From assembly GCA_039715185.1 (NCBI GenBank), contig JBDLIA010000005.1, positions 6,587 to 70,586 on the forward strand: a DNA stretch of 64,000 nt, written 5' to 3'. The translations under genes and the position numbers were made by a program. Below, in pieces: positions 55,548 through 63,168 of the stretch. The stretch is from Gemmatimonadota bacterium. GTDB taxonomy: Bacteria; Gemmatimonadota; Gemmatimonadetes; Longimicrobiales; RSA9. Below the pieces are notes generated by a model. That model was not told the DNA's origin. It saw only the letters and a list, made by a program, of their open reading frames with translations, and searched no databases. Each line of letters opens with the position of its first letter. The stretch's first letter is position 1.

Positions 55548-55868
55548 ATCGGTACGGGTCCTCGTCCGCTCTGTCCCGGCACTTTAGGCGTTTGGTTCGG
55601 GCGGGCAAACCGCCCCGGGGGTCTCAAGCGGCCGCAAATGTCTCCCCCGGCCCAGCGAGGCGCGGCGTCGCTGACCTGCCCGACGACGCACCGACTGTGG
55701 TTCAAAGCTAGGCAAGGGGGATCGCCGGTCAAGGGAATCCTGGGAGAACGTGGCGAGGTGGCGGCGATGGAAAACTCCGCGGGCGAGCGATGCGTTACTA
55801 TGTAGACCTGGATTGATCCTGCAGACACAGCCCGCACCGGCGCCGCCCTTCAGACCAAACGGCTCTCG

Positions 55869-56963
55869 ATGAATCGCTCCTCCGCCGCGCGCGGGCCCCG
55901 AAACCGAACCAGACGCCGTCCGGGCGGGACGATCCTGCTCCCGCTGCTCGCGGCGTCGCTCATCGGCAGCGCGTGCGGGGACGGCGGCGGCGACCCCCTG
56001 GAGCCGAAACCGCCCCCTGGGCCCGTGATCGGATTCTTCGGGGGGGATACCACGCTCGCGCTCTCGAAGGCGGCCGGTGCGGCCATCGCGCTCGCCGCGG
56101 CGTCGCGCGGCTTCGCCTTCTTCGACAACTTTCTCCCCTGCCCCCCACGTGGCCTCATCGACTACGCGGATCGGGGCAGCACGACTATCGCGGCAGCGCA
56201 TTCCTGCAACCTGGGGGACGGAGTCGTGCTCGACGGAGAGCTGGAAGTCGTGTCCGCCACCGACTCCCTTGGCGTGATCGTGGGCGTGGAAGTGACCGGC
56301 AGCGCGACGCTCAGGACCGCGGAGGGACTGATCGCGCTACCCGACATGAGGGTTGACGGCATCGATGTCGCGGCGGGCGCTGGGCGCGCCGCCGCGATCG
56401 AGCCCGACTCCGCGACGATCGACGCGCTGGGCAAGACCGTGGCCTATGACGCGCGCGGTGCGCCTGTCGCTGTCTTCAGCGCCTCGCCCTCCATCGACAT
56501 CCCGAACCCCGGTAACGAGCTCGCCGCGCTCTCCGATGACGACGTACGCCGCGTGGTGTTCGACCCGCTCCTGGCGCTGTCGGGGATCCTCTTTGGCGAG
56601 CAGCTGGAGTTCGGCCGCGGGCCGCACGAGCACACCTTCGATTGCGGTTCGTTCGCTGTTCTGCCCGACACGCTGTCGGGGCTGACGGGGATCACGGCCT
56701 CGTTCACGGACTGCCCGCTCACCTCGGGCACGCGCTTGAGCGGGGACTTCTCGGTGCGCTGGACCGCGTTCGCCGAGCCGCTCCTGACGATGGCGATGGA
56801 GGGCGCCCTGACCATCACCGGCGGCTTGCCGAGCATCCGGCTCAACGCATTCGAATGGAACGTCGAGGATGCCGGTCAGTTCGACACCGCGTCGTTCCGT
56901 GGACGCCTGGTGGTCGATACGGTCGGTCGCGATTACGCCTTCCAGGTGCCCATCAGCGATTGA
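55869..56963 (+). CDS. hypothetical lipoprotein
   Basis: ATG start and a signal peptide with lipobox (ILLPLLAASLIGSAC). No recognised domains. Confidence 0.65.
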   Translation: MNRSSAARGPRNRTRRRPGGTILLPLLAASLIGSACGDGGGDPLEPKPPPGPVIGFFGGDTTLALSKAAGAAIALAAASRGFAFFDNFLPCPPRGLIDYADRGSTTIAAAHSCNLGDGVVLDGELEVVSATDSLGVIVGVEVTGSATLRTAEGLIALPDMRVDGIDVAAGAGRAAAIEPDSATIDALGKTVAYDARGAPVAVFSASPSIDIPNPGNELAALSDDDVRRVVFDPLLALSGILFGEQLEFGRGPHEHTFDCGSFAVLPDTLSGLTGITASFTDCPLTSGTRLSGDFSVRWTAFAEPLLTMAMEGALTITGGLPSIRLNAFEWNVEDAGQFDTASFRGRLVVDTVGRDYAFQVPISD

Positions 56964-56977
56964 GGTCGAGGGCGGCA

Positions 56978-57159
56978 CTAGCAGGTCGCTGAAAAAGGGG
57001 AGTGCGGCCTGCTCCCTTCGGGTTGGGGCGGCACGGGGCCGTCTGACGTCGTTAGCGCTCCTCCCCGATACGCAGCGGTATCGCCTCGTCGCGCTGCCTT
57101 GCATCCGACCCCGTGGCGCTCCCAACGCGGCTCGCTACCCTTCTTCAGCGACCTGCTAG
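56978..57159. repeat. 182-nt extended imperfect palindrome with 22-nt CTAG-initiated terminal inverted repeats (MITE-like element or structured-RNA candidate)
   Basis: CTAGCAGGTCGCTGAAAAAGGG (56978-56999) matches the reverse complement of 57138-57159 at 21/22 positions. An inner stem pairs 57022-57041 with 57106-57126. The apical hairpin is CGATAC-GCAGCG-GTATCG (57066-57083). Confidence 0.85.
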
Positions 57160-57261
57160 GCGGTGGGGTCGATGCGGCGCCGCCCGGAGCCTCGAAGGTG
57201 AACGTACGGCCCACCACGCCCTCGTTGCGGGCCGGACCGGCCAGGTCTAGGCTGTCGGACC

Positions 57262-58224
57262 ATGTCCTCTCGCCTACCCGATTCGAGCCCACCCGGACGC
57301 CCCAATGCGCGTGCGACCGCGGTGGCAGTAACCGTCCTGGCGGTGTTCATCGCCGCGCTGACAGGAGGGTACCTGTACTCGGCGAGTAGGGACGCGCCAC
57401 GCACCACACCCACGTCTACCGCGTCCGCCAAATCGCGAGCGGAGGAGCCTCTCGAGAGGGCGCGGGACGTGCCCGGCGCGGTGCACGCGCGCTTGGCCGC
57501 GCGCGGCGCCTGGGGCCTCGCGCTGGACGCGATCGAGTCCCCGCCTCTCGAACGGTACCGGTGGGCGGTCATCGGCTATTGGATGGGGGCGCTCGACCGG
57601 GAGGTGATGGATCGCGCCCGCGCCGGAATGGAAGACGGCGCAGCGGGGAATGAAGACGAGGGCGCCGAGCTGGAGTGGCTGGACGGCATCGCCGCCGCCG
57701 TAGCGGGCGACAGCGATGCGATGGACCGCGCCCGCCTGAGCCTGACCGAATCGCCGGCGCCGGCATCGACCGACCTGGAGAGATCGCTGCGCGCGTTTCA
57801 ACTGGCCCTGGACGACGAAGAGCTGCGCGCGGCGAGGCTCCTTCGCAGGCTGGAGGAGGACCGGCAAGGCAGACCTATCCCGGTGCCAGCAGAGGACTCC
57901 GCCCACCCCTTCCTGACCCCTGTCGACAGGCTCGCCGCCGCCCACTGGTTCATCCGGCACGGCAAGGCGAACGACGCGCTGCCGCTGCTGGGATGGTGGG
58001 AGCGCCCGGGCGCCTCGCGCCCGGAAGCGGCGGCGGCCGACCTCGCGCTGTCGTCCTTGGACTACCTGCAGCGCGCCCGCGCGCTGCGTGAGATGGGAGA
58101 CGAGGCCGCCGCCGCGCGCTACTTCGACGCCTTCGTCCGCAGCTACGACCTGCCGGTCGACGCCCACCGGCGGTGGGTCGAAGACGCACGAGAGGCGGCC
58201 GCTGCCGCAGGCCGAGATCCCTAG
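57262..58224 (+). CDS. hypothetical membrane-anchored protein, Ala/Arg-rich helical
   Basis: ATG start and one N-terminal TM (AVAVTVLAVFIAALTGGYLY). The rest is helical-repeat-like. No family recognised. Confidence 0.55.
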   Translation: MSSRLPDSSPPGRPNARATAVAVTVLAVFIAALTGGYLYSASRDAPRTTPTSTASAKSRAEEPLERARDVPGAVHARLAARGAWGLALDAIESPPLERYRWAVIGYWMGALDREVMDRARAGMEDGAAGNEDEGAELEWLDGIAAAVAGDSDAMDRARLSLTESPAPASTDLERSLRAFQLALDDEELRAARLLRRLEEDRQGRPIPVPAEDSAHPFLTPVDRLAAAHWFIRHGKANDALPLLGWWERPGASRPEAAAADLALSSLDYLQRARALREMGDEAAAARYFDAFVRSYDLPVDAHRRWVEDAREAAAAAGRDP

Positions 58225-58481
58225 CCGGCCCCCCCGGGCACGACCCACCCCAGCGCCTGCGCAGTCTCCAACAGGACCAGGATCGCCGCCATGGTAGCGA
58301 TCAGCGCCGCCGACGACCACGCCACCTCCCGCCACTGTGCGCGCGTGTTTTCGCTCGGCCGGAGGTTGAACGACGGCCTCGGCCCGCGGCGCGCGGCGAG
58401 CGCTCGGGCGATCGGCCAGGTCACCCAGTAGAGGATCGCCCCCGCCACCAGGAGAGCGACCGGAAACCACAGGTCCGACAT
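58221..58481 (-). CDS. small hypothetical membrane protein (2 TM)
   Basis: ATG 58481 is preceded by AAAGGGGAA. MSDLWFPVALLVAGAILYWVTW... and a second hydrophobic helix (SSAALIATMAAILVLL). Its stop overlaps the convergent gene's stop at CTAG 58221-58224. Confidence 0.5.
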   Translation of the reverse strand: MSDLWFPVALLVAGAILYWVTWPIARALAARRGPRPSFNLRPSENTRAQWREVAWSSAALIATMAAILVLLETAQALGWVVPGGAG

Positions 58482-58567
58482 CGCTGATTCCCCTTTCAGT
58501 TCCCTTGTCGTCGCCGGCGGTGCCCGGCATCTTGACGGCCCTCTACCCCCGGAACCAGGAGGATCCC

Positions 58568-59455
58568 GTGGCACGCGCTACGCTCAGAACCGGCCTGCTC
58601 AACGTCTCGATGGCGGCGCTCCTGACGATCCCGGCGCTCGTCCCGGAGTCGGCGTCCGCGCAGGATGCCCCGAGCTTCGAGACGACCCGCATCGACGACG
58701 GCATCTACGCCTTCCGCTGGAACTTCCACAACGCCTTCTTCGTGGTGGCGCCGGAGGGCGTGGTTGTGGTCGATCCGATTTCGGAGGACGCCGCCCGGCA
58801 ACTAGCCGAGGAGATCCGCGCCGTGGCTCCCGACGCCGCCCTGCGCGCAATCGTCTACAGCCACGATCACGCCGACCACGCCACCGGCGCGAACGCCCTG
58901 CGGGCGGCGCTGGACAGCGACGCGCCGATCATAGCGCACGAGGCCGCGGCCCCCAAGCTGGCCGCTCGCAACGACCCGGCGCTTCCGGTGCCCGACATCA
59001 CCTACCGCGAGATCCTGACTCTTGGCTCGGCCGAACGATCCGTCGAGCTCCACTTCCTGGGCAGGAGCCACAGCGACAACATGACCATCGTGCTCGTCCC
59101 CGAGCAGCGCGTCGCGTTCGCCGTCGACTTCGTGTCGCACGACCGCGTCGGCTTCCGCGAGCTTCCGGACTATCACTTCCCGGAGTTTTTCGAGACGCTG
59201 GGGCGACTCCCCGACCTGGAGTTCGATACCGTCGTGTTTGGCCACGGTCCCGCCGGAGACCGCTCCAGCATCGAGCGGCAGATAGCCTATTACGGAGACT
59301 TGCGGGAAGCCGTCGAAGCGGCTGTCGAAGAGGGCCTGAGCGAGGACGAAACGGCGGCGCGAGTCCGGCTCGAGGCGTACGCGGACTGGGGCCAGTTCGA
59401 GGACTGGGGACCGCTCAACGTGCGCGCGCTTCATCGGTGGGCGAGCAGCCGCTAG
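58568..59455 (+). CDS. MBL-fold metallo-hydrolase, secreted
   Basis: GTG 58568 lies 7 nt after AGGAGG. Signal peptide (LLNVSMAALLTIPALVPESASAQ). HxHxDH motif (YSHDHADH). Confidence 0.85.
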   Translation: MARATLRTGLLNVSMAALLTIPALVPESASAQDAPSFETTRIDDGIYAFRWNFHNAFFVVAPEGVVVVDPISEDAARQLAEEIRAVAPDAALRAIVYSHDHADHATGANALRAALDSDAPIIAHEAAAPKLAARNDPALPVPDITYREILTLGSAERSVELHFLGRSHSDNMTIVLVPEQRVAFAVDFVSHDRVGFRELPDYHFPEFFETLGRLPDLEFDTVVFGHGPAGDRSSIERQIAYYGDLREAVEAAVEEGLSEDETAARVRLEAYADWGQFEDWGPLNVRALHRWASSR

Positions 59456-59946
59456 TGCGCCTGCGCGACGCCTCCCTGGAGGACCTGCGCGTGCTCACGG
59501 CGATCAACAACGCCAACGCGCAGGAGTTGAGCTACGAGACGGTGGCCGGCGTGCGTTGGTACCTGTCCGCCGCGCCCTACTTTCGCGTGGCGGTCGATGA
59601 CGACGGGGCGCTCGGCGGAATGCTGATCGGCTTTCGCCGCGGAGACGACTACCACAGCGAGAACCTGGCCTGGTTCGAGGCGCGGGACGAGGAGGACTTC
59701 GCGTACGTCGACCGAGTCGTAGTCTCGCCGGACCACAGGGGACGCGGGCTGGGCCGGCGCTTCTACGAGGACTTCGAGGGTTGGGCGCGGCAGAGGGGTA
59801 TCCCGCGCCTGACCTGCGAGGTCAACACGGAGCCGCTCAACGAGGGCTCGCTGGCGTTTCACGAGAGAATGGGTTGGCGGGGGCTGGAGGAACGCCTGAC
59901 CGGCTACGGCCCGCGGGTCCTCATGATGGAGAAGCGTCTGACGTGA
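59455..59946 (+). CDS. GNAT-family N-acetyltransferase
   Basis: Acetyl-CoA motif VVSPDHRGRGLGRRFY. The start is either GTG 59455 (TAGTG overlap with the MBL stop) or GTG 59437. Confidence 0.82.
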   Translation: MRLRDASLEDLRVLTAINNANAQELSYETVAGVRWYLSAAPYFRVAVDDDGALGGMLIGFRRGDDYHSENLAWFEARDEEDFAYVDRVVVSPDHRGRGLGRRFYEDFEGWARQRGIPRLTCEVNTEPLNEGSLAFHERMGWRGLEERLTGYGPRVLMMEKRLT

Positions 59947-60704
59947 GCCGGCTGAGTGTCGCCACCTGGAACGTCAACGGCGTGCGTGCGCGCGAGGTCC
60001 AGTTCCACGCGTGGCTGGACGTCGCCTCTCCGGACGTCGTTTGCCTCCAGGAGATCAAGGCGGCGCCCTCGGTGCTCTCCGAGCGGCTTCGTGATCTGGA
60101 CGGCTACTGGAACGTGTGGCACGGTACGGGCGGCTACTCGGGCGTGTCTCTGCACCTGCGCAAGGAGCGCTTTCCGGACCGCCCCGAGTTCTCCCACCCC
60201 GCGTTCGACATCGAGACGCGCATCGCCACCGCCAGCGCGGGCGGGATCGAGTTCGCGTCGATCTACGTGCCCAACGGCGGCAAGGACTTCGAGGCCAAGC
60301 TGTGGTTCCTGGGCGCGCTGAGGGAGTACGCGGCCGCGCTGCGAGACGAGGGCCGTTCAGCGCTCCTGTGCGGCGACCTCAACGTGGCGCTCACGGACGC
60401 CGACCTGCACCCCAAGGAGCAGCGCAAGAAGGACCAGATCGGCACCCGCCCGGAGGAAAGGGACCTGCTCGGCTCGGTGATCGAGCAGGGGTTGGTGGAC
60501 GTGGGCCGCTCGCTGGACCCCGACAACGACCGGCTCTACACCTGGTGGGCTCCGTGGCGGAGCCTGCGTGAGCGCAACATCGGCTGGCGCATCGACTACG
60601 TGCTCGCCAGCGAGGCGCTGTACGAGCGCGTCGTGGGCTGCGAGGTCCAGGCGGACGTGGGCACCAGCGACCACGCTCCCGTGCTCGCTACGTTCGAGGT
60701 GTAG
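59943..60704 (+). CDS. xth: exodeoxyribonuclease III
   Basis: GTGA overlap with the GNAT stop. VATWNVNGVRAR...VVCLQEIKA...WRIDYVLAS...GTSDHAPV are canonical EEP/Xth motifs. Confidence 0.92.
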   Translation: MSRLSVATWNVNGVRAREVQFHAWLDVASPDVVCLQEIKAAPSVLSERLRDLDGYWNVWHGTGGYSGVSLHLRKERFPDRPEFSHPAFDIETRIATASAGGIEFASIYVPNGGKDFEAKLWFLGALREYAAALRDEGRSALLCGDLNVALTDADLHPKEQRKKDQIGTRPEERDLLGSVIEQGLVDVGRSLDPDNDRLYTWWAPWRSLRERNIGWRIDYVLASEALYERVVGCEVQADVGTSDHAPVLATFEV

Positions 60705-60710
60705 GCCGGT

Positions 60711-62096
60711 CTAGAAATCCGGACGCAGCGCCCGCAAGCCGTTGTTCAGGTCCATCACCCATATGTTATCGCCCACGATCTGAGGCGCGAACGTGCAGGT
60801 GGAAGCCCCGTCGAAGCAGTTGGCGGCACCGCCATCGTAGCGGAGCGACGTTATGATGCGGCCTCCGAGCCGCAGATCCCCGGCGAGCTGGCCGCTCACG
60901 TCCACGGCCACCAGCCCTTCACCGTACCAGCCGATGTAGAGGATCTCCCGCGCCTCGTCGAGCCAGAAGTTGTGGGGTGTCTGCCCGGGGAACGTGATGG
61001 TGGCGGCCAGCTCGGGCGCCGTCGGGTCGCTCGCGTCCACGATGCGCACGATGCCGGGCCTCTGGAAATCCTCCTCGCCGACGAAGACATAGCCCGTCGC
61101 GGGCCAGTACCAAGCGTTGTGCGTATTGCCGTCGAGGTCGATGCGGCTCAGCTCCACGGGCGCGGTCGGCGCCCCGCCGGCGCCGCCTCCGCCTACGTCC
61201 AGGATGACGAGTCCTTCATCCCAGTAGGACAGAAAGGCCAGCCCGTCGCGCACGTAGATGTCGTGCAGCGGGCCATCGGCGCTCGGGATTTCGAACCCGC
61301 CGACCACGGCGGGCACCCCCAGGCTCGCGTCCACGATGCGCATGCCGCTCGGTGATCCGGTCGCGTCGGTGGCGACGTATACGATGTCGCCCTCGATCCA
61401 GACGTTGTGGACTCCGGCGGCCATGGCCTGATCCGTCAGGAAGAACTGGTGCGTCGGATGCGCGGGATCGGCGAGGCCGATGAAGTCGATGCCACCCTCG
61501 TCGACCACCTCGCGCGTGCCGACCGCGAAGGCGCCGTCGGCGCGGATCTTTACGTCGTTCAGCCGCAGCGCCGGGATGATCACGGAGTCCGTCACGAACG
61601 GCGCCGCCGGGGTCGACACATCCCACGCCAGGATGACGGCGTCGGTCCTGGATCCGTCGATGAAGCGCGTACCGGAGAGCGCGTGGCTGCCGACGATCCA
61701 GAAATCCAGGTTGTCGCCGTCGGTGCGGTCGGCGCCGCCCACGATGGTGAAGGACCCTGACAGGCCCCGCGCGGTGACCGAAATGGCCGCGGTATCGGCC
61801 AGGCCGTCGGCGGTCGCGATCACGGACACCGTGCCGGCCTGGTAGGCCACGAGCCGCCCGATATCCGAAAGGAGCCCCGCGCCCGCCGGGGACAAGCTCC
61901 AGGTAATCGCCCTCGCTACGGCGTCCCCGTTGCCGTCCAGGACCGAGGCCTGGAGAGCCACGACGTCGCCCTGCACCAGGGCGGCGGATGCTCCGGTGAT
62001 CGAGACCTCGACGGGAACCCCCGGCTCGGGGCCGGGGTCCACCGGGTCGTCGCCGCAGGCAGCTAGAAGCACTGCGGAGAAGAGGGCGAATCGCAT
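60711..62096 (-). CDS. lipoprotein with Big_2 Ig-like domain and LVIVD-repeat beta-propeller
   Basis: Start at ATG 62096 (MRFALFSAVLLAAC lipobox). Big_2-like ALVQGDVVALQASVLDGNGDAV...TVSVIATADG. LVIVD-type repeats (GMRIVDAS, GLVILDVGG, GIVRIVDASDP, GLVAVDVSG). Confidence 0.75.
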   Translation of the reverse strand: MRFALFSAVLLAACGDDPVDPGPEPGVPVEVSITGASAALVQGDVVALQASVLDGNGDAVARAITWSLSPAGAGLLSDIGRLVAYQAGTVSVIATADGLADTAAISVTARGLSGSFTIVGGADRTDGDNLDFWIVGSHALSGTRFIDGSRTDAVILAWDVSTPAAPFVTDSVIIPALRLNDVKIRADGAFAVGTREVVDEGGIDFIGLADPAHPTHQFFLTDQAMAAGVHNVWIEGDIVYVATDATGSPSGMRIVDASLGVPAVVGGFEIPSADGPLHDIYVRDGLAFLSYWDEGLVILDVGGGGAGGAPTAPVELSRIDLDGNTHNAWYWPATGYVFVGEEDFQRPGIVRIVDASDPTAPELAATITFPGQTPHNFWLDEAREILYIGWYGEGLVAVDVSGQLAGDLRLGGRIITSLRYDGGAANCFDGASTCTFAPQIVGDNIWVMDLNNGLRALRPDF

Positions 62097-62192
62097 GGCA
62101 GCGGTCACTTTGGCAGCTCCGGAATGGGTCGTGTTTCCCCCGGAGAACGCCCGACCAATGGGCGATGTGACCGACGCTGTCACAGTAGGCGA

Positions 62193-63137
62193 TCAGGCCG
62201 GATCGCGTCCGATGCTGTCCCGCGCGTCCGCCAGGCTGCCGCCGCTCGCTTCCCGCTTGGCTGCGACCGCGGAGATGGTACGCCCGGAGCGGGCGAGCTC
62301 GCGCGCGTGCGTCGACTTCTGGCCCGCGCTCATGCGCTCGAAGTCGTGCGCGTCGACGACGACTTCTTCGCGGACCTCGACGATATCCTCGAGCAACGCC
62401 GCCACCGCCGCCGGCCGCGCCGTCTCCAGCAGGAGGGTACCCGCGGGAGAGACGCTAAGCGGTTGATGGTTGGTGCGGGCGCCGCGCGAGTCCCGCCTCT
62501 TGCTCTCGGCGACGATCGCCTCGCTCAGCTCCCGGGGCGCCGGACCCGCAGCCAGGCCGATCTCCACGTGCTTCACCCGCAGCGTACTCGTCCAACCACC
62601 CTCCGCGCCCGGCTCCTGCAGCGTCCGCACGAGCGGCCGAGCCCACGCCAATTCCTGCGCCGCGAACGCCGCGACGGTTGGCGTGCCGGGGTCAAAGCGG
62701 CGGTTGTGGAAGGACCGGAAGCGCAGGTAGGTCCGGTCTCCCGCCCTGCGCACGAGCCAGGCGCGGGAATCTCGGCTCGCGGCGAAGGAGCCGATGCCGA
62801 CGCGGCCGACCAGCAGGAGCGAGGCGGCGATGACGACGAGCGGCGCCAGGGCGAAGAAGGAGCGCGCCTCCTGGACGAATACCGGGAGGGCCGCCGCGCC
62901 GAGTCCGAGCGCCGTCAGCAGGACACCGAAGAACAGGTGCGAGCGCGCACTTTCGCGGCGCTCCACCCGCGCGTTCGGAACCTGATCGTCTCTGAGCAGC
63001 TCCATGGCATGTACCGAAGAGGGACCGGCTGCAACCTTGGGATCCGCTGGTACTACGACTGACGGTCGCGTGTGCTTCGCGCCACTCATCGACGCCGCTT
63101 GGTCGGTGATCCCGGGAAACCGACCAGCGGACGACAT
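62193..63137 (-). CDS. hypothetical membrane protein
   Basis: Two adjacent TM helices (HLFFGVLLTALGLGAAALPVF; FFALAPLVVIAASLLLVG) followed by a soluble part. The C-terminal ELARSGRTISAVAAKREASGGSLADARDSI weakly resembles an L7/L12-CTD-like helix motif. Start uncertain: 63137, 63089 or 63005. Confidence 0.5.
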   Translation of the reverse strand: MSSAGRFPGITDQAASMSGAKHTRPSVVVPADPKVAAGPSSVHAMELLRDDQVPNARVERRESARSHLFFGVLLTALGLGAAALPVFVQEARSFFALAPLVVIAASLLLVGRVGIGSFAASRDSRAWLVRRAGDRTYLRFRSFHNRRFDPGTPTVAAFAAQELAWARPLVRTLQEPGAEGGWTSTLRVKHVEIGLAAGPAPRELSEAIVAESKRRDSRGARTNHQPLSVSPAGTLLLETARPAAVAALLEDIVEVREEVVVDAHDFERMSAGQKSTHARELARSGRTISAVAAKREASGGSLADARDSIGRDPA

Positions 63138-63168
63138 CGATAGATCGGCGTCGCCCGCCGGCGCCAGT

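Noticed and set aside
55660-55760. Cobalamin-riboswitch-like fragments on the + strand: GCTGACCTGCC (B12-box-like), CCGACTGTGG and AAGGGAATCCTGGGAGAA.
   Set aside because: They occur in the reverse of the order required by the consensus (the GGGAA..GGTG block should come first and the GACCTGCC box last). They are also on the strand opposite to metH, and the central CCCGC-ACTGT junction is absent. I treated them as chance matches in GC-rich sequence. A cmsearch would settle it.
57020-57130. A possible tRNA or other small classical RNA gene inside the 182-nt element (…GCATCCGACCCCGTGGCGCTCCCA…).
   Set aside because: There is no cloverleaf: no GTTC-type T-loop, no D-arm and no acceptor pairing on either strand. 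Retron msr/msd was also considered, but no reverse transcriptase gene is adjacent.
56978-57159. A firm call of this element as 6S RNA (ssrS).
   Set aside because: Only the gross architecture and length fit. I cannot verify the conserved 6S central-bubble features by eye, and the 22-bp near-perfect closing stem with CTAG ends fits a mobile-element terminus equally well. I kept it as a hypothesis in the findings and made no feature call.
58221-58224. Other CTAG tetranucleotides at gene ends (58221-58224 shared by two convergent stops; 59452-59455 at the MBL stop/GNAT start) as further copies of the palindromic family.
   Set aside because: No flanking similarity to the TGGACTGTAAC, TGTACCGTTGCACA or CAGGTCGCTGAA modules. 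They are just overlapping TAG stops.
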